From Blastocladiella emersonii ATCC 22665 (lineage: Eukaryota > Fungi > Blastocladiomycota), in contig JANHCV010000008.1 in NCBI GenBank assembly GCA_025594325.1, positions 682,001 to 746,000 on the forward strand: 64,000 nt of DNA. The letters run 5' to 3'. Below are positions 55,090-64,000 of the stretch, one piece after another. The translations under genes and the position numbers were made by a program. Below the pieces are notes generated by a model, which saw only the letters and a list, made by a program, of their open reading frames with translations, made no database searches and had not been told where the DNA came from. Positions within the stretch are counted from its first letter, which is position 1. Every line of letters starts with the position of its first letter.

Positions 55090-55469
55090 ATCCCGGCAGT
55101 GTCTCACGGGCCTCTCCCCTCCGCGTCGCGAAACCTCAGCAGCCAGCAAGTAGTACGCGTGCGTGCTTGAGTCACAACGCTGCTAACAACGTCGCCGAAT
55201 GTACAGGAATGTCGCACAGCTCGCCCGCTTCTGGCGATCTTCCTGCGAAGCCGCTTCGCACCCCCCGAATGCCTCGGTGACACACTAAACACCGCATGGA
55301 AAGCTGCTAGGGATCTCCTAAGCGAGAACGTTTCATCCATTCGTTCCTCGCGCAAGTCGGATCAAAGCTGGCCTTTATGATCATCGGGCGAGGACGCAAA
55401 GGCAGCCGACCAGGCGGATGCGATCGAGCGCGGGAACACAAACCGCCGCGCGCGAAGAACTCAGACCAC

Positions 55470-57464
55470 TTACGCGTCGCGGAACATGCGGTCCGAGAGT
55501 CGGCTTCTGGGCTGGACGGGCTGGACGTCGATCGAGATAAGCGGCATGGCGGTGACCCACAGTCTCGTCGGCGGAGCTGGCGTCGAATCGGTCGATGAAT
55601 CTGAACTGGACGATGCTCCTGCGGCGGGCACTGCATTCGCTGCCGGCATCGAGTTGAGAAGAGAGCGGAGATCATCTGAGCGAGATGTTGGAACAACCGA
55701 GTCCTGCTTCGAGGCGACGGGTGTAGCACCGTTTGATGTCTGAGAAGCGAGCTCGGTTGAGACGAGCCGCCTAGGCGACGTGGCGGGTGTTGTCGCCGGC
55801 GGTGTCGGGTCGCGAGAAGGATGAGCAGGACCAGGGGGCTCAAGCGCCATGGCTGGCTCAGCAGAAGCGGGAGAGCCGGAATTCGTTGGCCAAGACGCGT
55901 CGCCGGAAGAAGGAGTTGGTCGGGGCCGCTCAACAGAAGCATTCCGCGCGATACCGCCGCCGCGAGATTTGCGCAAGCGCTCGGGCGATGGCGATCTCGC
56001 GCGTTCCGCTGCGTCGAGGTTGAGCGGACACTTGATGTAGCCGTACTTCCTGACAATGTCATCGAGCCCGCGATGCTTGCGGAGTACCGCTTCCGTGATC
56101 GGGTCCGCGTCGCGCCCGACCGCGTCGTAAATCTTGTCCGCAAAGATTTGCTTGAGCTCGCGCGACCAGTTCATCGCCTTGTCGAGCTTGAAAGCCTCGC
56201 CCAAGACCTTGAGAAATCGCGGGTAAAGGTCGCGCACCGTCTCACCCGGCTCGAGCTTGAGCGCGACCCAGCGCGTCACCCAGTCGCGCCGCCATTCAGG
56301 GTCCGTCGCGTTGAGGAACACGTGGCGCGCTTCGCGGTCGCTCATGGTTTCCTCCATGAACACGGCGTACACGGCATACAGCTCGGGCGGAACGTTGGCG
56401 TGCGCGGTCAAGAGGGCTGATGCAAGCATGTTGGGCCCGCCAGCCACCTCCTCAACGCTGGCGAGGAAGCAAGTTACGGCGGCCTCGGACGGGTGAGGAC
56501 TGTGAAGCTTGGGGACCCGCTTACGCAAGGCCTTGTACAGTTTCTTGCCGTACGCGCAGGGAATGCCCGGAAGATCAGACCGCGGAGCGCGGGTGCGGGA
56601 GCGTGGCCGGCTGTGATCGCTCGAGGTGGACCGTTTGCGGCGGCGGGAGTGGGAACGGGACCTCGTCCGGCTTCGAGATTGGGAACTTGACCGTTTGTGA
56701 GCGCGAATGCGAGTGCGAGACGAAGATTCGGGGCCCTGATGCGATTGATGCGATGTGCGAGAACGAGAGCGAGAGCGCCGGGCAGCTTTACGCGATGCAC
56801 GGGATGGAGATCGAGACCGCGTTTCCAAACTGGATGCCGAAGAGAGTTTCGAGCGGTGCCGCGAACGGGATTTCAAGCGATGGCGATCGCGGGACTTTGT
56901 GCGAGACGAGCCTTCAGTGTGTGAATGAGAGTGCGAGCGCGACCGCTCACGCCGCGACTTTTTTGCGGATCGTGATGCCGAACGCGAGCGAGTGCGTGAC
57001 GAAGAACGCGTGGAAGGTTGTGAGATCAGACTCGCTGAATCGCGCGGATCGATATGTGCACCGCCGTTTGGGCCCGGGTCGAAGCTCGGCGGCGACGCGC
57101 ACCCACGCGGGCGGGCTGGAGGAGGAGCAAGTGCGCCGGTGATGCTGAATTGATCAGCCCCAACATTGAACGGAATTGGGTAGGAGTCCGGCGCCAACTC
57201 GAGCTGCGTTCGCAGCCGCTCCAGCTCGGCGATATCGGCAAGCGTTGTTTGGCAATCGAACTGGATTCCCCACGAAGCAGAGCTCGAGGTGCGTGCGAGA
57301 GCTGCCGCACGAGTTGCGCTTACGCGGAGCTCCAGGAGCCTCAGGGTGACGCCTTCGAGCAGCGCTTGGCGGTCCGCCTCGCCGTCTGGTACGCGAGTCG
57401 TAGGGACATAACGGGCAAGTAGCGCGGGCTTGCCAGGCGCATCCATGGGCCTATCCGACTTCAT
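55470..57464 (-). CDS. RS-rich Gag-like superfamily C2 (probably continues after an intron)
   Basis: Start MKSDRPMDAPG at 57464 as in C1; core RWVALKLEPGETVRDLYPRF; ends SRLSDRMFRDA at GC|GTAAGT. Confidence 0.72.
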   Translation of the reverse strand: MKSDRPMDAPGKPALLARYVPTTRVPDGEADRQALLEGVTLRLLELRVSATRAAALARTSSSASWGIQFDCQTTLADIAELERLRTQLELAPDSYPIPFNVGADQFSITGALAPPPARPRGCASPPSFDPGPNGGAHIDPRDSASLISQPSTRSSSRTRSRSASRSAKKSRRERSRSHSHSHTEGSSRTKSRDRHRLKSRSRHRSKLSSASSLETRSRSPSRASRKAARRSRSRSRTSHQSHQGPESSSRTRIRAHKRSSSQSRSRTRSRSHSRRRKRSTSSDHSRPRSRTRAPRSDLPGIPCAYGKKLYKALRKRVPKLHSPHPSEAAVTCFLASVEEVAGGPNMLASALLTAHANVPPELYAVYAVFMEETMSDREARHVFLNATDPEWRRDWVTRWVALKLEPGETVRDLYPRFLKVLGEAFKLDKAMNWSRELKQIFADKIYDAVGRDADPITEAVLRKHRGLDDIVRKYGYIKCPLNLDAAERARSPSPERLRKSRGGGIARNASVERPRPTPSSGDASWPTNSGSPASAEPAMALEPPGPAHPSRDPTPPATTPATSPRRLVSTELASQTSNGATPVASKQDSVVPTSRSDDLRSLLNSMPAANAVPAAGASSSSDSSTDSTPAPPTRLWVTAMPLISIDVQPVQPRSRLSDRMFRDA

Positions 57465-57733
57465 TGCACCAAGTGGTATCAGGGATCTTCTCGGGTTGAA
57501 GGGATACGCGGGAAGAGCGCGCCGGGGCGGAGCGAGCTGCGCGGGAACGGTCGAGCTGCGGAGCGCGTGACCAGAACGCGCCCAAGAACGCGTCTCAGGG
57601 CGCTCTCCGCGAGACATGGCCACACGCTGAAAATCCACTTCGGCTGGCGACGCTCGTTTTCGCGGGATCGAGCAGGCTAGTTTAGTACAAAGCTCCACTC
57701 CCTCGTATATTATACACGGCAGCGGTTCAACCG

Positions 57734-59607
57734 CTACTCGAGACTCCGCCGAATCGCGACAACGAGCTCGCGCAGCGCCCACTCGCGCACATTGGGCTCC
57801 GCGACCCGGTCCATGGCCCAGATCACGTCCCGGCCGTACGCAATGGCGTCCGCATCCGCTTGGCTCGCGTCCGAGGTTTGCCGCAACTTGGCGTGTGCAC
57901 TCCCGAGCAGGCCGACCCAGTCGCGCAGGCGTAAGTAAATCTTCTTGGCCGGCTCCCCGAGGCCAAAGTCCTTCCGCACGCTGATGTCCGCAGCAGCGAG
58001 CGCGCGGATGATGGCGAGCGCGTTCTCCCTTGGTGCGCGGAGGCGCGGGCAGTCGGCGGTCGGGTGCGTGCGCGCGTCGGGGCGGAGGGCATGGACCGAG
58101 ATGCAAAATGTGCACGGCGCGCGTGATTTGTTGGCTGAGGACGAAACGGAATGCACGGCAGGTGCAAGTGGAGTGGTGCAGAGGCGGGTTTCGAGGGTGA
58201 TGAGAGGGCTGCGGCTACAGATGGTGCGACGAAAGCAACGGGTGCCGGCGCTGGCGTAACGTTCGGGGATTCGGCGGCACGGGCAGTTGCAGAGTGCTGG
58301 CGCGATCGTCGCTTTCTCTGTCTAAAGGTGGAAGGACGCTGCGCGACAGGCAGCAGCGTGCGAGAATCGGCGTTTCCCCGACCGCGAGACCCGCGCGCAT
58401 TCGGCTTGGCTGGAGGGCTCGTCGAGAGCGGACACATAAGATGCCCGTGTTGCGCGACCATGTCATCGAGCGTAATCGACTTGATCCGGATCAGCTGCGA
58501 GATTGGGTCGACGGCGCGTCCCAGGGTCAAATACAGCTTGTCTGCAAAGACTTGCTTGAGCTGCTGAGACCCGCGGCGCGCGGCGTCAACCACGGTGACC
58601 TCCTCGAGCAAGGCAAGGAACCGCGGGTAAAACTCGCGCACCGACTCGCCTGGTTGGATCTCCAGCGCGGTCCACCGCGTCAGCCAGTCGCGCCGCCAGA
58701 TTGGATCGGCCGCGTTGAGAAAGACGCGGCGCGCTTCGTTGTCGCTCATCCGCTCGTGTATAAATACAGCGTAGTTGGCATAGAATTCGGCCGGCACCTT
58801 GGGACGGGCTGTGAGAAGCGCGCCCGCGAGCATGTTGGGCGTTGTTGAGACGACTTTTTCGATGGCTGCCAGAAACTCGGCGACCGCGCGCGGGTGCGGA
58901 TAGTAAAGCGTTGGGACGGCCGCCTTGATGGCCAAGTACAGCCGCGAGTCGAATGCGCAAGGCAAGCCGGGTGGGCTGCGCGAGCGGGACCGGGGGCGGG
59001 ATCGTGCGCGAAAATGCGAATATGAGTGCATCAGAGTACGAGATGCAGACCGCGAGCAAGAACCAGGGCGAATGCGAGGACCATTGAGCGATCGATGCGG
59101 GCTGTGAGATCGGGATTGCGCCCGAGGGGAACATGCCTCGCGTTCGCGCGATCGTGACCGCGAGCGAGAGTAGGAGCGCGCGCTCGATTGAGCGCCGGCG
59201 TGTGTGGATGGGCGGGCGAGCGCAACGTGAGCCGGCGATGATGATGATGGTGGTCCAGACAAAGGAGGAGTGGCCCATCCGACGATCGGGACAGACACGC
59301 GGTCGGCATGTTCTACTCGGAGTAAAGCACGCTCGATCAGGTCCCGAAAACGCACGAGCTCCTCTATCTCTGCTGAGAACGCGTGGCAAAGCGGTCCGTG
59401 GCCCTGTAAAGTTGGAGCGGAGTCATCCTGGATCCGAGCGGCAAGCACCGAGCGCATCAAGCGCACGCGGAGCTCCATTAACGTGCAAAGTACGCTACCT
59501 AGGCAACCCCGCAGTTCCGTTTCCGAGTCGGGCAGCCGGGCCGGCAAACCATAGCGCGCAAGAAGTTCAGCTGTGTGCAAGGAGTCCACGTTATCGTCCA
59601 GTTTCAT
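57734..59607 (-). pseudogene. RS-rich Gag-like superfamily D2 (core plus zinc knuckle), frameshift near 58155
   Basis: Start MKLDDNVD at 59607; core RWTALEIQPGESVREFYPRF; knuckle domain lies in the other frame (ORF 57734-58156). Confidence 0.72.
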
Positions 59608-59725
59608 TGCATAAAGTGCGAAAGTCTTTCCATGACGCTTCATTGCAGGGTCAACGTTTCGTTGGAAGCCAAGCCGCTTGAGCGCCACCCCGACCGCGAG
59701 CAGGCGGCTTGGGTGTGGCGCTCGA

Positions 59726-59746
59726 TCACATGATTTCCATACGCGT
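59726..59746 (-). promoter_or_regulatory. Shared upstream motif ACGCGT-N6-ATCATGTGA (gene D2)
   Basis: 118 bp before the ATG at 59607. Confidence 0.6.
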
Positions 59747-60283
59747 CCCGCAACCGTGTATCGCGAGCCTCGCGCGATGCGACAGCGAGCATCAGTCAGG
59801 AGTAAATGTATTCGGTTGTGTACTCTGCCAAAAACTGAAGAATGTAGCACAACGGCTCCGGCTCGCTCACTTTGCCGTGGAGCCACTTCATGCCCCGAAT
59901 CACGTCGATGGCACGAGGTACCGCACGGAACTCTGCTGTGGAACGCTTCGCCGAAGGTAATTCATCTATTCGTTCAAACAAATTCTTCTTCGAGGATCGC
60001 GTCGCGCGCGCTCTATGCTTCGCGCTCGCACGCCTGACCTGCTCAATCATGTCTTTCACTGCTGTCAACAATACTGCATTGGAAGCTGCGATTCCCAAGT
60101 CAGGCACCGGTCCTGAACTCAGTGAAGTGCGAGCGACTTTGCAGTAATCCGCAAACGAGAGCCGGGCTCAGGTCTCAGCTTTCCTCGCTTTCAAGCGTGT
60201 ACCGGCCGCGAGGACAAATCGTCACGATAACATGATATATGTGTGAGGATCGGACGTGCTCCTGGGAATGAAGCAAAGCTCGC

Positions 60284-62620
60284 TCACCCGCTGCCGCACA
60301 TGCGGTCCGACAGCCGGCTCCTGGGCTTGGCCTCGACCATGTTGTGCGACAGGACCGCTGTGACCCACCGCCTGGTTGGTGGCGCTGGCGTGGGCGCGGC
60401 CGATGCCGCTGGGCTGGGCAATGCAGCAGCGGGAGGCACTTGAGCAACAGGTGCGCGAGTCAAAGGGGGCTCAACGGGTACACGGGCTGCAGCAGGTCCC
60501 GCGCTCGGCACCGCCAGCGAGTTGAGAATTGAGCGAAGATCGACCGTGCGAGTCGGGCGGAGACCGACTGAGGGACTCGGCTGAACCGCTGGTTCTCGCG
60601 GCGGCGAAGCGGCGGGGGTAACGCTGTGCGATGGCTGAGAGTCGAGATTCGCCAAGACGTGTCGCCGAGGCGACATGGAAGGTTCTGAAGCTGGCGGGGT
60701 TGGGTCACGACGGGAAGTAAATCTGCGAGGCGGTTCAACCCCCGGCGCTGGACTCGTAGCTGGTGGCGTCAAGTTACGACGAGAATCGGCGATGAGAGGC
60801 GGCTCAACCGTCAGCTCTGGATCTGCAGCTGGCGATGTTGGGTCGATATGAGAAGTGAACGTGCAAGGCGGTTCGACAGCTGGCGCTGGATCTAAAGCAA
60901 GCGGTGTAGGATCGCGACGAGAAGTGTACGCGCGAGGCGGTTCGACCGCTAGCGCTTGGTCCGAAGCTGGCGGTGTTGGATCGCGACAAGAATCAGCCAC
61001 GCGAGGCGGTTCGACTACCGGTTCGGGCACAGATGTCCCAAGAGCATCAGAGATCAACGGCCGAGGTACGCCGCTAGAAGAAGCGGTCGGGCCAAGCCGT
61101 TCGGACGAAGCGTTCCGGTTGACCTCGCTGCGCTGGGGCTCGGGCGACGGCGAGCGTTCCAACGTATCGGGATCGAGCGGACACCGAATGTGGCCGTACC
61201 TCTTGACCACATCCTCGAAGTTGTAATTCCTGCGGTGTACCGCGTCCGTGATCGGGTCCGCGTCGTGCCCGACCACGTAGTAAATCTTGTCCGCAAAGAT
61301 TTGCTTGAGCTCGCGCGAAAACTTTCTCGTCTCGTCGAACTTGATAACCCCCTCCAAGCCCTTGATGAATCGAGGGTAAAAGTCGCGCACAGTCTCGCCT
61401 GGCTCGATTTTGAGCGCGACCCAGCGCGTGACCCAGTCACGCAGCCACTTGGGGTCCGTCGCATTGAGAAACACGCGCCGCGCTTCTTTGTCGCTGGTAG
61501 TTGGGTCCATAAACACAGCATACACGGCGAACAGATCCGGCATAACGTTGGCGCGGGCAGTCAAGAGCGCGGACGCAAGCATATTGGGCGCGCCAACCAC
61601 CTCCTCTATCTCGGCAAGGAAGCGGTGCGCGGCGGCCTCGGACGGGTGAAGACTGTGGAGCTTGGGCACCCGTGCCCGCAAAGCCTTGTGTAGGGCCGGG
61701 TCGTATGCGCGATAGAGGCAGAGAGGATCGGGTCGACGACGAGAACGGCTGCGCGAACGCGGTCGGTTGCGATGGCGCGAGGTGGACCGACTGCGAAGAC
61801 GAGTGTGAGATCTGGACCTCGGTCGGCTTCGAGGCCTCAAAATTAAACGCTTGCGAGTGTGAGCAGAAGAATCGGCGCGCCGATGCGATAGACGCAAGTT
61901 GTGAGAACGAGAACGAGAAAGAGAGCGAGAGCGTTGGCCGCGCTCGCGCGATGTGCGGGAAAGAGATCGTGACCGCGATCGTGAACGAGACCTCGTGTGC
62001 GATTCCGATCGCCGGCGCGAACGAGAGCTCGAACGAGGACGGTCCCGGGATCGCGTACGAGAAGCGCGTTCCGTTCGCGATTGAGAGCGCGATCGATCCG
62101 AGCGCCGCAGATTATTCGCGGACTGAGAAGCTGATTGTGAGCGGTCGCGTGACGAAGGACGTGTAGAAGGCTGTGAGGGAAGCTTTTTGGCATCGCGCAA
62201 GCTATCGGGTGCTTGGCCGTTCAAACTTGAGGTGGAACGGGACAGCTGGGCCTGTTCGCGGAGATGCACTTGCGCAAGACTAGGCACGCAGTTGCCGGCG
62301 AGGTGACTGACTCCATCGTGGAAGGGAATCGGGCAGAGGTCGGGCGTCAAGTCAAGCTGCGACCGCAAACGCTCCAGGTTCGCAATTTCAGCAAGTGCCG
62401 TTTGAAAATCGAGCTGGGTGCTCCAGGAGACCGCTTTCGAGGCCCGCGAGAGAAGTGCCGCGCGCATGACGGTTACACGCAGGTCCATGGTCCTGAGCAC
62501 CACGGCTTCGAGAAGTGCATGGCGGTCTGCCGCACTGTCCGGAACCCGACTACCAGAGAGCTCATAACGCGCAAGAAGCTCGGTCGCGCCGGCCAAATCC
62601 ATGTTATTATCCAGTTTCAT
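60284..62620 (-). CDS. RS-rich Gag-like superfamily C3 with five 23-aa VEPP...DPTP repeats
   Basis: Start MKLDNNMD at 62620; core RWVALKIEPGETVRDFYPRF; ends SRLSDRMCGSG at GG|GTGAGC. Confidence 0.72.
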   Translation of the reverse strand: MKLDNNMDLAGATELLARYELSGSRVPDSAADRHALLEAVVLRTMDLRVTVMRAALLSRASKAVSWSTQLDFQTALAEIANLERLRSQLDLTPDLCPIPFHDGVSHLAGNCVPSLAQVHLREQAQLSRSTSSLNGQAPDSLRDAKKLPSQPSTRPSSRDRSQSASQSANNLRRSDRSRSQSRTERASRTRSRDRPRSSSRSRRRSESHTRSRSRSRSRSLSRTSRERGQRSRSLSRSRSHNLRLSHRRADSSAHTRKRLILRPRSRPRSRSHTRLRSRSTSRHRNRPRSRSRSRRRPDPLCLYRAYDPALHKALRARVPKLHSLHPSEAAAHRFLAEIEEVVGAPNMLASALLTARANVMPDLFAVYAVFMDPTTSDKEARRVFLNATDPKWLRDWVTRWVALKIEPGETVRDFYPRFIKGLEGVIKFDETRKFSRELKQIFADKIYYVVGHDADPITDAVHRRNYNFEDVVKRYGHIRCPLDPDTLERSPSPEPQRSEVNRNASSERLGPTASSSGVPRPLISDALGTSVPEPVVEPPRVADSCRDPTPPASDQALAVEPPRAYTSRRDPTPLALDPAPAVEPPCTFTSHIDPTSPAADPELTVEPPLIADSRRNLTPPATSPAPGVEPPRRFTSRRDPTPPASEPSMSPRRHVLANLDSQPSHSVTPAASPPREPAVQPSPSVGLRPTRTVDLRSILNSLAVPSAGPAAARVPVEPPLTRAPVAQVPPAAALPSPAASAAPTPAPPTRRWVTAVLSHNMVEAKPRSRLSDRMCGSG
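60690..61030 (-). repeat. 69-bp coding tandem repeat, about 5 copies
   Basis: VEPPRVADSCRDPTPPASDQALA and four variants. Confidence 0.8.
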
Positions 62621-62908
62621 TACGTTGCATAGAGTTATTTGCCAAGCTGCGTCGCTGGGGGTGAGGGCTCTGCAGAACGAGCGGCTGCGCAAAACTTCTC
62701 GGAGAGCAGCGGGAGTGTGGCGCCGAGTGTGGCGCTGCGGGCGCACGCGCAGCCACCTGATTGATTAACGCGTCTCGCGCGCGGAGACGCGCTGACGGGG
62801 GCGGCGATCACGGAGTCCGAAACTAAGAGGAACGCACGAGAGAGTCGGGTGTGCTAGGAATATTGGCGATTGGTAGCGTTAGGAACTGCTCCCCTCCGTG
62901 CTGGGCTC

Positions 62909-62996
62909 TCAACCCCACCCCTCCTCCACCCCTCCCCCACCCACCCCTCCCCAACCCAACCTCAACTCAACCTCAACTCATCCTCAACTCAGCCCT
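62909..62996. repeat. C-rich low-complexity tract (G-rich on the minus strand)
   Basis: Runs of CCCC and CTCAAC repeats. Confidence 0.7.
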
Positions 62997-63069
62997 TCAG
63001 CGCGTCAATGAAAGATACATGCGCTGCGGCGTCGTAGTTAACGCGTTGTGCGGAAAGAAATACGCGCGA

Positions 63070-64000
63070 TTAGAGGATGAAGAGCTTCTTAGTGGGCGCC
63101 TTGTCGCCGAACATCTTATTTACGCTGATGCCCGCGGCGGAGAGCGCGTTCACAATAGCAGCCGCGTTCTCTTCAGGAGCCCGGAGTCGGGAGCAGTCGG
63201 CGGTCGAGTGCGTGCGCGCGATGGGCCAAAGGCCCGGAAGTGATAAGCAAAAGTTGCAACAAAGGTCGGACCCGCGACTGGAAGGAGGAGTCGGCCTTGC
63301 CGTTGAGGTGGAGGATCGGTCCGAAATCGGGACAACACTCGGCTTTTGAGCGACGAGTCGTTCCCTGGAATTGTGCAAAGAATCTGGCTGGGGACCAGAC
63401 AAGGGTGCGCGCAAAGCTTGAGCAGCCAATTCAAGTGGCAGAGAAGATGATGCATTAGCGGACGGAGATTGATCGTGTTCAAAGGCGATTCGCAAAGTAT
63501 TCCGCGAGGGAGAATCAAGAGAAGCGCGCTGACGGCCAGGCGCACGCTCGGGCGATGGCGAGGAAACCGATCCGCGCGATCCAAACGGGCAAGTGAGGTG
63601 GCCGTGCAACTTCACCATATCGCCCAAGCTGCAGCCTTGATCAAACACCATCTCCGTGAGAGGATTGACTGCAGCACCCAAGGCGTAAAAGTGCTCGTCC
63701 GATAGCACTTGCTTGAGCTGGCGATTCCGCCGGTTTCTTGCCACTTCGAGGTCAATCACCTCCCCCAACATCGCGAGGAACCGCGGATGAAAGTCGAGCA
63801 CCGACTCGCCCGGAGCAAGCTTGAGAGCGCGCCAGCGGGCCACCCGTTCGCGCCGCCAGTTTGGGTCCGTCGCGTTGCAAAAAGCGCGGCGGGCCTCCTC
63901 ATTGCTCGTTGTCTCCTCCAAGAATATCGCAAAAGGCCGAGTACAGGTCGGGGTGCACGTTGGATCGCGCCGTCAGGAGCACGGAAGTGAGCGTTTTTGG
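63070..64000 (-). CDS. RS/Gag-like superfamily D3, 5' end outside the window, C-terminus possibly truncated
   Basis: RWRALKLAPGESVLDFHPRF core; CNFC-X11-H-X4-C knuckle; TAA at 63070 falls earlier than in D1 and D2. Confidence 0.65.

Noticed and set aside
58140-58170. Programmed -1 frameshift (gag-pol style) in D2
   Set aside because: No X-XXY-YYZ slippery heptamer at the switch, and D1 and D3 read through in one frame
1-64000. tRNA or rRNA genes
   Set aside because: No cloverleaf or rRNA-conserved segments recognised by eye; tRNAscan-SE/Infernal would be needed to exclude them formally

Overview
This window is GC-rich eukaryotic DNA, most likely fungal: it has short GT-AG introns with CTRAY branch points and a chitin synthase. 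The lineage cannot be fixed from sequence alone. (1) The centre holds a complete 15,773-bp endogenous Polinton-like DNA virus (PLV) at 23447-39219. It has TG...CA ends, a 5-bp TCAAG target-site duplication, a 26-bp perfect terminal palindrome and terminal inverted repeats (TIRs) over 1.1 kb. It encodes a PolA-type (TVpol) primase-polymerase fused to an SF3 helicase, a tyrosine-recombinase-like protein, an rve integrase with one in-frame stop, a fibre/spike protein, an A32 packaging ATPase, and major and minor jelly-roll capsids. It sits inside a 71-nt intron of a host BRCT-domain gene. (2) The flanks carry about 16 copies or fragments of one modular protein superfamily: N-terminal helical bundle, RS-rich linker, Gag-capsid-like helical core, and a CX2-3C...HX4C zinc knuckle. 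These occur in tandem and inverted arrays with no pol or LTR seen. Several share a 21-bp upstream motif with an unrelated BTB gene. (3) Ordinary or decayed content includes a secreted trypsin-like protease, a BTB gene plus a pseudogene copy, a class VI-type (ChsD-like) chitin synthase, LINE 3' remnants and Pif1-helicase fragments. All product calls are from motif recognition by eye; no database search was run.
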